From: Candidatus Poribacteria bacterium
Lineage (GTDB): Bacteria > Poribacteria > WGA-4E > WGA-3G
Assembly (NCBI GenBank): GCA_965205025.1
Contig: CBDBFU010000028.1
Coordinates: 1-64,000 of the forward strand
Direction of reading: 5' to 3'
DNA length: 64,000 nucleotides
Shown: piece after piece, positions 20,125 to 30,556 of the stretch
Layout of the letters: each line of letters starts with the position of its first letter
How positions within the stretch are numbered: the first letter of the stretch is position 1
The notes under the pieces: generated by a model
The model's database searches: none
Seen by the model: only the letters and a program-made list of their open reading frames with translations
Told to the model about the DNA's origin: nothing
Program-made: the position numbers and the translations under genes

Positions 20125-21192
20125 ATGTATAAGACAGAAAATCCGCTCTTTATATCTGGGACTGAGGGTTATAACACATTCCGTATTCCTGCACTGGTTG
20201 CTTCTAAGGAAGGGACACTTTTAGCCTTCTGTGAAGGTAGACGTAAGGGTGGTGGGGATTCAGGTGATATTGATCTTGTACTGAAACGTAGTTTCGACAA
20301 CGGTGAGACATGGGAACCGATGCAGGTCGCTGTTTCGACTGGTGAAGATACGGATGGTAATCCTGCTCCTGTGGTAGATCAAGATACAGGAACTATTTGG
20401 TTATTATTTTGTAAGAATTATGCTGATGGTGGTGAAGGTAAGATAATTGCCGGAGAAGCACCACGTACAGTTTGGATTACCTCAAGTAATGATGATGGAG
20501 AAACATGGACGGAACCGAAAGAAATTACATCTGATACAAAATTGGATACATGGACATGGTATGCTACTGGACCGTGTCACGGTATTCAATTGACAAGTGG
20601 TAGATTGGTAATCCCGTGTGATCATGTGCTTGGACAGAGTCGTAACTATGCTGAGATGGGGTATTCCCATTTGATTGTTAGTGATGATCATGGTGAGACC
20701 TGGCAGATGGCTGGTGATGCACAACCCGGTACTAACGAATCTACTGTTGTTGAAACTGTGGATGCTGATCTGTATTTTAATTGTCGTAACTATGTTGCAC
20801 CAAAACGTCGTGCTTATGCGTGGAGTTCTGACGGTGGAGATACATTCACTGAATTTGGTTATGATGATGATTTGATTGAACCTATCTGTCAAGCCAGTCT
20901 CGTGCGTTATACAGATGCGAATAACCATGATAAGAATCGTGTTCTGTTCTCTAATCCTGCGAGTGAATCACGTGAGAAGATGACGGTTAGAATCAGTTAT
21001 GATGAGTGTCGTAGTTGGAATGCTGGTAAGGTTTTACACGATGGTCCTTCTGCTTATTCTGATCTCTGTATTGATTCGGATATGAATATCTGTTGTCTCT
21101 ATGAACGGGGTGAACAGCATCCATCGCAGACAATTTCATTTGCGAAGTTTGATTTGGAATGGTTGACTGATGGTGAGGATACTTTAGCGTAA
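20125..21192 (+). CDS. Exo-alpha-sialidase (GH33)
   Basis: FRIP motif and several Asp-boxes (SFDNGETW, SNDDGETW, SDDHGETW, SSDGGDTF). Confidence 0.9.
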   Translation: MYKTENPLFISGTEGYNTFRIPALVASKEGTLLAFCEGRRKGGGDSGDIDLVLKRSFDNGETWEPMQVAVSTGEDTDGNPAPVVDQDTGTIWLLFCKNYADGGEGKIIAGEAPRTVWITSSNDDGETWTEPKEITSDTKLDTWTWYATGPCHGIQLTSGRLVIPCDHVLGQSRNYAEMGYSHLIVSDDHGETWQMAGDAQPGTNESTVVETVDADLYFNCRNYVAPKRRAYAWSSDGGDTFTEFGYDDDLIEPICQASLVRYTDANNHDKNRVLFSNPASESREKMTVRISYDECRSWNAGKVLHDGPSAYSDLCIDSDMNICCLYERGEQHPSQTISFAKFDLEWLTDGEDTLA

Positions 21193-21326
21193 CAGGATCT
21201 TTATATTACTGGAATAGTACCGGACTCGAATTGGGGTAATTATAATCCTTTTAGTATAGTGGTACCTTATTTTCCAAACTATAGTAGTGTCTAATATTGA
21301 GTTTAATTTGATAGATAGTATGTTAT

Positions 21327-22058
21327 ATGTTAATATATGTAAATATCAAACCGAGGGTCTACGTTGAAACTACAGTAATTAGTCACTTGGTTGCCCGTCC
21401 AAGTAATGACAAGATTTTAGCCTATTGGCAAAAGATAACCCGTCAATTGTGGGATGAACATACAGAACGATTTGAGTTTGTAATATCGGAGATAGTTAAG
21501 GATGAAATTCAACAAGGGGATGTAACCGCAGCAAAACAACGACTTGAAGTAGTATCATCACTTGATATATTGCAAAGTGTACCAGAAATAAGTATACTTG
21601 TGGAAATATTATTAGAGGTTGGGGCAGTACCTCAAAATTCTGTGATTGATGCACAACATATTGCTTTTGCAGCTGTACACGGTGTTGATTACTTAGTATC
21701 GTGGAACCTTAAACATCTGGTAAACGAAAACAAACGTGACTATATCAAGGAGGTATGTCAGAAGGCAGGATTTAAGCCGACAACCATTTGTACACCTATC
21801 GAACTAATTAAGGAAACCGAGATGAAAGAAACTTCAGATAAACATATAGACTATGATCCTGATACTTATACAAATCCAATCCTTGAAGAATGTTATAGAA
21901 TAAAATCAGAGTTAAATGCGCGATTCAAAACAGTTGAGGATTTCTTTACCTATATTAAGGCAAGAGAAGAAGAGAACAAACGCAATGGTGTCAAGTATGT
22001 TTCCTATTATGACCCAGAGAAACACAAAGCTGCTTTAAAAGCGTTGGAAGACGTATAG
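21327..22058 (+). CDS. PIN-domain (VapC-like) nuclease with C-terminal extension resembling the usual downstream partner gene
   Basis: 'VYVETTVIS', 'DAQHIAFA...DYLVSWNLKHL', 'ICTP.EL', then ~75 aa 'NPILEECYRIK'. Confidence 0.8.
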   Translation: MLIYVNIKPRVYVETTVISHLVARPSNDKILAYWQKITRQLWDEHTERFEFVISEIVKDEIQQGDVTAAKQRLEVVSSLDILQSVPEISILVEILLEVGAVPQNSVIDAQHIAFAAVHGVDYLVSWNLKHLVNENKRDYIKEVCQKAGFKPTTICTPIELIKETEMKETSDKHIDYDPDTYTNPILEECYRIKSELNARFKTVEDFFTYIKAREEENKRNGVKYVSYYDPEKHKAALKALEDV

Positions 22059-22202
22059 AGTATATCCAGCAACCAATTACCTGTATCCTTCCAATTTAAC
22101 TAAACTTACCTACAATAAATAGATTCCTACACAAACCCATCATATCCATATCTTGGTGTTTTCTACTCAAAAACTTTAAATACAAGACACTTTGCCGCTG
22201 AC

Positions 22203-23054
22203 CTATGCCACAGGGAAGGCATTTCCAACAAGTGGTTCACCATCTTCTACTTCGATTGTTGGAACTAATACATGACTTGGTGACTGTTTGTTGTTATAGC
22301 ATACATCTTGTGCCATGAAGATCATGACAAATGCACGGCGTTGATGATCTGTAACATTTGGCGGTGTACCGTGCCAGTTTAGGCAGTGATGAAACATGCA
22401 CTCTCCTGCTTTCAACTCTACCGGAATTCCATGACTTATATCTAAACTCCGTCTTTCTGTCCACGGATTTAGTGGGGGATCTTGTCCTTCTTCTTGTGCT
22501 TTTTTTGTTGCTGCATCATAAGCTGCTTTTGCTTTAACAGAGAATCGTTCGTCTTTATGGCTTTTCGGCATAACGTGCATACATCCACTGTCTACTGTGG
22601 CATCATCCAGTGCTAACCAACAACTGACAATGTTGGGTGGACTGAGTGGCCAGAAGAAGAAGTCGTGATGGAAACCGAAATGACCGTTATCTTTTGGTGG
22701 TTTAGAGATGACTTGGTCGTGCCAGAGTCGAACTTCTGGTGTCTCTAACAATGCGCGTGCTGTGCCTGCGATCAATGGATTATGGATTGCTGCTTCATAA
22801 CTTTTTTCCCGTTTCCACATATTGACGTATTGATGTATTGCTCTTGGGTGTCCACTACCACGGTTGAGTTTATCCTCTTTTCTATCGTGTCCGTATTTGA
22901 ATTCTGGTGATGAGTCGTCTCCTTCATTGAGTTCTAAATCGATGATGGCATCTAATCCATCACGCATGGTTTCTACACCGTCGTCATCTAATACCCTTCC
23001 GAATTTGAGATACCCGTTTTCCTGAAAAAAGTCGACTTGTTCCTGTGTTGCCAT
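22203..23054 (-). CDS. PhyH family dioxygenase
   Basis: 'FFQENGY', 'HHDF', 'CWLALDDATVDSGC', 'HHCLNWHGT'. Confidence 0.88.
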   Translation of the reverse strand: MATQEQVDFFQENGYLKFGRVLDDDGVETMRDGLDAIIDLELNEGDDSSPEFKYGHDRKEDKLNRGSGHPRAIHQYVNMWKREKSYEAAIHNPLIAGTARALLETPEVRLWHDQVISKPPKDNGHFGFHHDFFFWPLSPPNIVSCWLALDDATVDSGCMHVMPKSHKDERFSVKAKAAYDAATKKAQEEGQDPPLNPWTERRSLDISHGIPVELKAGECMFHHCLNWHGTPPNVTDHQRRAFVMIFMAQDVCYNNKQSPSHVLVPTIEVEDGEPLVGNAFPVA

Positions 23055-23368
23055 AGTATTCTCCTGAGTTGATTCTTAAGTTATTTGTACATATATGAAG
23101 TCTTTATTATGTATAGATTATAGCATATTTGTGTATATTGTGCGTATGATTGTTATCACATAGGTGTGTAAAGTTTTGTGAAGGAAAAAGTGTTAATATT
23201 TATCGTTCTGAAATGATTCCACTTTCACGGAAACCTTCACGGAGCAATTCTACGAACCCTTATTCTATAAGGGTTTATAATTTTGAGTATACCGATTTTC
23301 CGTGAATCACATACGTTAATATTTATATAACTTAAGTGTGAATAAGATGCATCTTTGGTTTTCATCTG

Positions 23369-23731
23369 ATAGCATTTCTATAAATGTTTATCCCATGAAC
23401 AGTTGTTATACGTGGCTTGAAATACTGCACAAACTGGATGAAGATTAAAATAATAATTCGGTAATGTGTTAGAAATTCGAATCAACGGTATGAATGCTAT
23501 TTAGCATTCCCCGTGGTTAGGAAACCGAACCTACCGAGTATGGGAAAATGGGAATTACCGAATTTATAGTAAACAATAAAATGAATACTACATTTTCTAT
23601 TGGCTCAACTTACGTTCGCGTCCCACACCTCTTCTGTAGGAGCGACCTCCCGGTCGCGACCAGGAGGTCGCTCCTACAAGTAAAGTGTCTAATTAAATCT
23701 AAAGTTTACTATAAAACTTAATCCTTATGAA
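23369..23731. repeat. Composite nested repeat: MITE shell containing a C-type REP, a B element and an IS630-type MITE
   Basis: Collinear with 35913-36138 apart from a B insertion at 23479-23512 and a MITE at 23567-23711. Confidence 0.7.
23567..23711 (+). mobile_element. 145-bp IS630-type MITE, copy 1
   Basis: TA|TAGTAAAC...CTAAAGTTTACTA|TA; right end matches the IS630 end at 31450-31462; internal palindrome GTAGGAGCGACCTCC...GGAGGTCGCTCCTAC; empty site near 36070. Confidence 0.88.
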
Positions 23732-24220
23732 GATTGCGATACAAATATCAAGCGGGTAGACCCCGCCCCTACGAAGAGGAAGAGAAGAGTCGCGAATCGG
23801 AGTTCCCTCCTACAGAAGAGTCTAATGAGTAAATTAACACCTATGGAGACAAAACTTTACTAACCCCTTCAATTATCTGTCTGTTTTCAAGTTTTTCAAA
23901 CTCTTTTAGTTTTTCAAGTTTTTCAAGTTGCTTTTTCAGAATTACCATTCTAAACTGTCCCTAAACCCTGTGGTAGACAGGGAATATAAAGGATTCGATT
24001 GATCGGTGAAAAATTTCAAAATTTGAAAAACTTGAAATGTATAGAGTATTTCACCTTATATTCCTCTGTATTTTTTTTAGACATTGTCTGTATATGTTTT
24101 GATGACATTTTCAATAACTGATAATTCTGAAGGTTGAAAGTGCGATATAAACATGGGGTTCATCCTATTTTCCATCGGGTGAATCAAGTTAATGTTGGAA
24201 ACAATCTTAGAATAGAAAAT

Positions 24221-24350
24221 ATGAAAAAAGTTACACTTTTTGTCACATGGTGTGACATTGAAATTGGGGTAAAAAACTGCTATAAACCCTTTTGTAGACT
24301 GACACCACGGCAATTTAAAAACAGAATTCAAAAATTTTAAAAATGTCGTT
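24221..24350. repeat. Dispersed ~130-bp conserved non-coding element, copy 1
   Basis: GAAAAAAGTTACACTTTTTGTCACAnnGTGTGACATT shared with 44872 and 61169. Confidence 0.7.
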
Positions 24351-24544
24351 TTTTCTCTTGTTTGCTTTTTGTTTTTGTGACATCCGATGTTAGCAAATTG
24401 TAAGGTATTCGTTTGTAAGGTATTTGTTGACAACATTTTTGTGATTATCCTATATGTGATTTTGATTTATGTATGTTAGTTGATTGATTCTTGTTATTTC
24501 TTCAATTTATTTTTTGTTATCGGTTGTTGGTTATCAGTTATTTT

Positions 24545-25170
24545 GTCTGAATCGCGGATTACGTGGATTTCACAGATTTCACGGAAGGGATTTCTGTGTA
24601 TGCTGAATGTATGTTGAGTATAGGTGTTCTTGTTTGAATCGAAGATTACACGGATTGTTGTCTGAATCGAAGATTACACGGATTACGAGGATTTCACGGA
24701 AGGGGTTACTGGGTATACTGAGTGTCTTGGGTAGTATATGTGGTTCTTGTCTGAAACGCGGATTACAAGGATTACGGGGATAAGAGTGTTTGGAGGGGAT
24801 AAGGAGTAAGAACACAAACTAAAAGTTTGTGGTACAAAGAGGCGTTTTCTGAATCGCAGATTACGCGGATTACAGGGATAAGAGTGTTTGGAGGGGATAA
24901 GGAGTAAGAACACAAACTAAAAGTTTGTGGTACAAAGAGGTGTTTTTCTGATTCGCAGATTACATGGATTACGCGGATTTCACGGAAGGGGTTACTGGGT
25001 ATACTGAATGTTTGTGTAGTATAGGGGTTCTTGTTTGAATCACGGATTACGCGGATTACGCGGATTTCACGGAAGGGGTTACTGTGTATGCTGAATGTCT
25101 TGGGTAGTATTAGGTGTTCTTGTTTTAATCGTAGATTACGCGGATTGTTGTCTGAATCGCAGATTACGCA
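24545..25170. repeat. Imperfect tandem array of ~85-100-bp units built on a 9-bp GGATTACGC-type microrepeat
   Basis: Recurring 'TGAATCGCGGATTAC...GGATTTCACGGAAGGG'; a near-exact ~98-bp duplication at ~24750-24945; a single unit also at 34179-34257. Confidence 0.8.
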
Positions 25171-25230
25171 GAGGAGATAGATTGTTGTTTGTAAAAATTT
25201 CTTTCAATGCTGGAACTTCGAATCAAGGAA

Positions 25231-26640
25231 TCAACTGTCATCAATAGAAAAAGGTGATTCTATCGGATCTTTACGAATCTCATCATGTTCAGCGGAATAG
25301 AAAGCCTGAAAAAACTTGAAATCAGACCGTTTATGTTCATTGCACTTATCTTCAATAATTTCAATGACTTTCATTTTATTCTCAAAAGATGTTCTCATCC
25401 CAAAGATGATTCCTTTTAAGGAGTTGAAATCATAAGTTAATGTGCGTTCATCTTTGTTGTCTAAACCTTTGGCGTTAGCATATAGAATTATTCGACGTTC
25501 CTTTTCATATTTCCAATCTCTGTTTTTAGTTGTGATGTAGCGTAAAAATTTATTCCAATATTCTTCCCTCCAGTGCTTTTCTTCTGCCTTATACCCAATA
25601 TGATTGGCACATTCAGAAATTTTCCCATCATCATCGGTGTACCATGTTTCCATAATTTCAGCAACTGTTCCAGATCCGAGAGAACAAAAGAAATCAATCT
25701 CTGTTGGTTTGTTTTCGTAATTTACCTTTCGTAATGCTGTTGTCCAAAACTTCTTGTCTTCCCAGATTATCTTTTCATCAAAAATCAGACATACACCTTT
25801 ATGAGCATCTGCATAGTTTGCCCAAGTAGTTAAGTTATCGAAATTCTCCATGAAACATGCTGTCCACCATTTAGGAAAAGGCAGGTTTATAAGGTTATCT
25901 AAATATATCCTTGGAAAGTCTAATAGTGTCAGTGTGTTTGGAATCAAAGTTGTATCTATGTTTGAGATTCCTTTAAATAATTTGTAAGCCGCGTATTTTT
26001 GTTTGAGTATTTGATTATCGTTATACTGTTGAAAAAATGACAATGCATTGTTAATTTTCTCAAACTCATTTTCATCAGTATTTTGTATTACTTGAAGAAT
26101 CTTTTCAGTAAACCAGTCTATACTTGGTAAATCCGATTTATCGCGAGATATTTCGGAATCGGACACAAGTTGATGAGTAATATGTGCTTTTTGTATAACA
26201 TCTAAAAGGATACTATGTATACATAGAAGATAATATCCGATTTCTTTAAAACAGATTCTTTGTTTTGTGTTTGAAAGTGCCCCAAGTATTTCCTTAATGT
26301 TTTTAACATTAAGGAAATTATTCCAAACATCATCAAATATATCTTTTTCCAATAAATTCTGTGGCTGTGTTAAAGTGACTCTAATTGGACTACTGTCCAG
26401 TTTTAATTTTACAGACTTTCCAAGAATTCTGTATTTCAGAAGATGTTGGTTCAAGTATGAAGCATAATGCCTAAAAAGGTTTGTCCAAACTATTTTATCA
26501 CCATTCCAGAACACATTTCTGTAAGCCTCCATCGGGTCATTCAATTCTTCTGGACCTGCAAAATAGACGGTCTGTTTTTTAAGTTCTTTATGTTGATCTA
26601 ATAGAGCGTTAATACTTCTGAATCTATAGAATTCTGACAT
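25231..26640 (-). CDS. DUF2971 domain protein
   Basis: 'ELNDPMEA', 'ACF......TWANYADAHKGVCLIF', 'TKNRDWKYEKERRI', 'LKGIIFG'. Confidence 0.85.
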   Translation of the reverse strand: MSEFYRFRSINALLDQHKELKKQTVYFAGPEELNDPMEAYRNVFWNGDKIVWTNLFRHYASYLNQHLLKYRILGKSVKLKLDSSPIRVTLTQPQNLLEKDIFDDVWNNFLNVKNIKEILGALSNTKQRICFKEIGYYLLCIHSILLDVIQKAHITHQLVSDSEISRDKSDLPSIDWFTEKILQVIQNTDENEFEKINNALSFFQQYNDNQILKQKYAAYKLFKGISNIDTTLIPNTLTLLDFPRIYLDNLINLPFPKWWTACFMENFDNLTTWANYADAHKGVCLIFDEKIIWEDKKFWTTALRKVNYENKPTEIDFFCSLGSGTVAEIMETWYTDDDGKISECANHIGYKAEEKHWREEYWNKFLRYITTKNRDWKYEKERRIILYANAKGLDNKDERTLTYDFNSLKGIIFGMRTSFENKMKVIEIIEDKCNEHKRSDFKFFQAFYSAEHDEIRKDPIESPFSIDDS

Positions 26641-26834
26641 GTTATCTCTTTCTGCTAGTTACGTAACTATGTGATTTAACCTGTCTTTTTCAAAATCTAA
26701 GAAAATCAACGACTCAGTTTTGTGCGTTATTTCAAGACATACTAAATATCTGTTCATGGGATAAAAATTATATAAATGGTATGATTATAGATTCTACTAT
26801 AAACCAACATTAACACCTCTCATAGAAATTTTAT

Positions 26835-27752
26835 TCAACCCTTGTCCCCGGATCGCAGAAAAGACTCAATTAACTCTCCTACTGGAGAATTGCTCTGCTC
26901 TATGAAATCGGTATCCTCAATTCCCATAGAATTCAACCATGTTTCCCAATATGCCTCAATAATATCAAAGTCTTTTTCAAACGGAATAACAATATCATTC
27001 ATCTTTTTACCACGCAGTGCAATTTCAACCATTAGGAATTTTACATTGAAGTCACCGAAATCTTCATCAATAGACATCAAACCTTCACTATTGTGAATCT
27101 TTTCTATTGCCTTAGGATCATTTCGAAATTTTTTGACATCCATGTATGTGCCTTTTTCACGCAACTCCTGAATATCCTCATCAAAATCAAGATAACCGTC
27201 TGAGATGCAAAGAATTAAGTTGTGACAATTTGGCAACAGATAACTCTTTAATTCATCTCGGAACCACTTCCAGATGTCCGATCCAGTTTGTTTCTGTGTC
27301 AAAACAAATTCGTATAACTTAGGTAATGTCTCAAGAATGTCTTTTGTCTGCTTATCTAAGTCATTTTGTACGCTTGGTATATTTCTATGTCCTCTACCAT
27401 CCTTACCACCCCTATCTTTGATTATAAGTTTGTTTGTAAGCTCAGATGGAATTGATTTTCTTGATATTTGGTTTGGTATAAATATTCGTAAACGACTGTC
27501 ATATTTAAGTTCGGTTTGTTCTATTCGTTCTTTTACGTATTTGTTAAATACAGCAGTCGTCTCTTTCACGATTTCTATATCTTTTTCTATTTGTCCAGGA
27601 TTTATCTCTTTAGAAACACGATTTGATGTATCCAAAATAATGATTACGTTAATGGGTTCTAACGGGGTTGATGTTGATTTAGCACTACACGATGTTATAA
27701 CATTCGAAAGACAGAATGTTATAACACACATTATAACTACAAATATCTTCAT
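26835..27752 (-). CDS. Secreted/lipoprotein with VWA-like (MIDAS-like) fold, function unknown
   Basis: Signal peptide ending 'ITSC'; 'NVIIILDTSNRV', 'GSDIW', 'ILCISDGY'; GGAG RBS. Confidence 0.65.
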   Translation of the reverse strand: MKIFVVIMCVITFCLSNVITSCSAKSTSTPLEPINVIIILDTSNRVSKEINPGQIEKDIEIVKETTAVFNKYVKERIEQTELKYDSRLRIFIPNQISRKSIPSELTNKLIIKDRGGKDGRGHRNIPSVQNDLDKQTKDILETLPKLYEFVLTQKQTGSDIWKWFRDELKSYLLPNCHNLILCISDGYLDFDEDIQELREKGTYMDVKKFRNDPKAIEKIHNSEGLMSIDEDFGDFNVKFLMVEIALRGKKMNDIVIPFEKDFDIIEAYWETWLNSMGIEDTDFIEQSNSPVGELIESFLRSGDKG

Positions 27753-27773
27753 TTTTTTGATATTATAACTCCT

Positions 27774-29243
27774 TTAAGTTATGCGAAGGGTCGCTTTGTA
27801 TGCCTCAAGGGTTTCGCTTGCTAAAGTTTGGATATCACTAATTTGGTTTGCAACATCAGTAGGTAATTGAGTTTGGCTTTGGGCAACATATTTGCACCAT
27901 CCACTTACAAATTCATTTGTATTTGCCTCTAATTTCTTTAGATCAACACCCTTTTTGTGATGACGTTTGCGGATAATCTCAAATTCGGATTCACACTGGT
28001 TTATTTCCATTTGGAATGCATCTATCTGTTCATTCAATTCGTTAATTTGGCTCTGTTGATTTTCCTTTTGTGTGTTTAACCGTGCGATTTTTACTTGAAG
28101 TTCCTGTTTTGCAGTGTCTTCTAGTTGATTAGTATAGTTTTTCAACTCATCCTTGAGATCATTCATTTTTATATCTAATTGTTCTATCTCGGTAGTTAGG
28201 ACGTTTAATTCAACTAAACTATCATTCTGTTCATATCTTTTTTGTTGTTCCAACTGATTAGATTCGTCTTGTTGTGGTTTTTCCCCTCTCCAAAGCTTTA
28301 TAACCCAGAACAAACCAAATCCCAGTAATAGTGAAACGCCAAAACCTAAAAGAAGTACTGACAAAATTTCTATCCAATTCTCCGCAAATTTGAAAATGAC
28401 ATCTTCACCTTTGGTAAATTCATGCATCTGCTTGGAGATCTTCACTGCAATTATTGCATCAATGGCCAAAGTTGCACCTAAGAGAAAACCAAATATCCAC
28501 CATTTTCTATGGTCATAACAAAGATGAACAAGAACAGCAAGTGTTAAGAAAATTGATGGAAACATAATAACGAACCAATTTTTCGGAGACTTCCATGCCT
28601 CAAAAAATGCTCTGTGAATGATTATATGTCTTTTTTCGGCAGTTGTTCCAATCCCTTCTGTGAAAGTTCTGTCCCCTACTGAAGCATAAAAGATAATGAG
28701 ATAGAAAGCCAGTCCAAGAATAACAAGAGTGAGTACACCTGCCAAAATACGTTCTGAAATGGATAGAGGTTTCTTGGAAATACCCTGACTCAATCCAGAA
28801 TCAGCGTTTAGTTCTACTTCTGTTGGTGCTTCTAACTCCGTTTCAATTTTGGTCTGATTCACTTTTTTCTCTGCTAATTCTGAACCATACGTTTCTATTT
28901 CTTTTTTCAACACATCAATACGAGGAGAGGAAAACGTTGTTTCTGCAGTTAACGGATTGCCCAATTGGGCATTCAGTTCCGATAACTCCATATCCATCTC
29001 AGTGAGTTCTTGTGTCAACGCAGATAAGGACTCTTGTCGGTCAAGCTTCTGTTGTTCAAGTCTTTCTTTATCTTCTGATAAAGCATCTACTTCGTTTTGG
29101 ATCTGTGATTCACTAATTTCTATTTCCAATTCTTCGTTACGGACAATGACATTAAGATGGTCTTGTAGTGCTTCAGTGATTCCTCTACCAGCAGCTGCAC
29201 AAGCAAACCCATTATCTGCACTATGGTAAGGTGTTCCGTTCAT
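27774..29243 (-). CDS. Membrane protein with four TM helices flanked by long coiled coils
   Basis: Heptad-rich N- and C-terminal regions around four hydrophobic segments; start overlaps the upstream gene. Confidence 0.75.
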   Translation of the reverse strand: MNGTPYHSADNGFACAAAGRGITEALQDHLNVIVRNEELEIEISESQIQNEVDALSEDKERLEQQKLDRQESLSALTQELTEMDMELSELNAQLGNPLTAETTFSSPRIDVLKKEIETYGSELAEKKVNQTKIETELEAPTEVELNADSGLSQGISKKPLSISERILAGVLTLVILGLAFYLIIFYASVGDRTFTEGIGTTAEKRHIIIHRAFFEAWKSPKNWFVIMFPSIFLTLAVLVHLCYDHRKWWIFGFLLGATLAIDAIIAVKISKQMHEFTKGEDVIFKFAENWIEILSVLLLGFGVSLLLGFGLFWVIKLWRGEKPQQDESNQLEQQKRYEQNDSLVELNVLTTEIEQLDIKMNDLKDELKNYTNQLEDTAKQELQVKIARLNTQKENQQSQINELNEQIDAFQMEINQCESEFEIIRKRHHKKGVDLKKLEANTNEFVSGWCKYVAQSQTQLPTDVANQISDIQTLASETLEAYKATLRIT

Positions 29244-29655
29244 ATTCTTCCTCTTCTTCGGTGTTAGTTTTTTTCTTGAAACGCGTTAAGAAATGTGATG
29301 TCCACTTTCTCCAAAGACTATCAGAACTAACACAATTGGCATGTGTTGGTTGACGTTTATGAACTTCTTTCAGTTTTTGTATTGCTTCTGAGGGTTCTGG
29401 AAATGTGAAAAACTCACGATCTTTGTTAGGACGAAACTCGGCAAGTTCCTGATGTATCAAGGTTTCAAGTTCCTTTGGATTGTCACATAATTCCTCATGA
29501 ATAACCTCAAAAGGTTGTGGTACACCAGTTCCAACCGTATCATTGTAGCCATGATATAGTTGTTCTGCTCGAGCTTGTGCAGTTTGCGTTTCCGTAAAAC
29601 CGATTTTTACTAAGCCCGGCATTGCCTTGTTCGTTAAGATATAAACACTTCCCAT
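29221..29655 (-). CDS. T5orf172/MUG113-like GIY-YIG nuclease-domain protein
   Basis: 'GSVYILTNKAMPGLVKIGFT', 'TGVPQPFEV', 'LETLIHQEL..FR.N.DREFF'. Confidence 0.85.
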   Translation of the reverse strand: MGSVYILTNKAMPGLVKIGFTETQTAQARAEQLYHGYNDTVGTGVPQPFEVIHEELCDNPKELETLIHQELAEFRPNKDREFFTFPEPSEAIQKLKEVHKRQPTHANCVSSDSLWRKWTSHFLTRFKKKTNTEEEEEYERNTLP

Positions 29656-30556
29656 AAAATTATCCTTTCATACTACAAATCATTCGTCAATATCCTTAGC
29701 TTGTATTGAAAAGGTGCAATACCTTCGGTAAAAATTGACGATGTTTCATAATTTAACCTAAGTTGCTATTTGTTCAGTAGGAATCCTTCGATTCTGATCG
29801 GTGTTGTCCCAAAGACAGTTAGTCTGTGTCCACCCATAAAGTCGACTGGTGTTGAATTTGGTCTTACAGGAATAAAAAGTCTTCCAAAAAAACCTGAAAT
29901 TTTTTCTAATCCTGAAATCTCGGAGCTTCTCTGAACAATCGGTTTTAATCACTATGGCACTATTCAATTTAAATTAGGGAATTTGTGATGGTATTGCAAT
30001 ATAAATCATATTTGTAGAAGATCAATCCCATTTTCTACAGAATAAAGATAGAGTATTGACAAGGCTACTTAATTCTATGATCCTAAGAGGATAGTTCAAA
30101 CTATAGTATTTTTTATATATACCTTGTAATATATTATACAATAACACTGTTGAAATATAATGTCAAGTATATTAAAAAAATCACCTTATTAAGGCACAGG
30201 ACATAACTGATTAAACGTGACAACATTATACCAATTTTACTTAATTGGTTTACATTAATTGCAAAACGGAGAAGCTAATTTAGTTTAATGGGATTCTATA
30301 AACATTCCGTCCCTACGGGACTCAGTCTGTGTGTTGCATAGTTTTTCTATAAACATTCCGTCCCTACGGGACTCAGTCTATGTGTTGCATAGTTTTCTAT
30401 AGACATTTCGTCCCTACCAAATCAAGGATTCAACGGTATGAATGCCATTTAGGCATTCCCCGGGCATTCACTGGGGCTTAGGATATTGGTGATAACGACT
30501 TCTATAAACATTCCGTCCCTACCAAATCAAGGAATCAACGGTATGAATGCTATTTA

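Noticed and set aside
24077-24436. ORFs 24077..24436 and 44894..45112 as a small protein family
   Set aside because: The shared DNA motif is read in different frames in the two copies, so conservation is at the nucleotide level.
24545-25170. CRISPR array, or the repeat-encoded ORFs 24579..24815 and 24683..24913
   Set aside because: The spacers themselves repeat; the ORFs are translations of a 9-bp microrepeat without an RBS.
25218-25236. Integron attC site at the end of the DUF2971 gene
   Set aside because: There is no RYYYAAC...GTTRRRY pair with an attC-like stem and no integron integrase; it is a half B element overlapping the stop codon.
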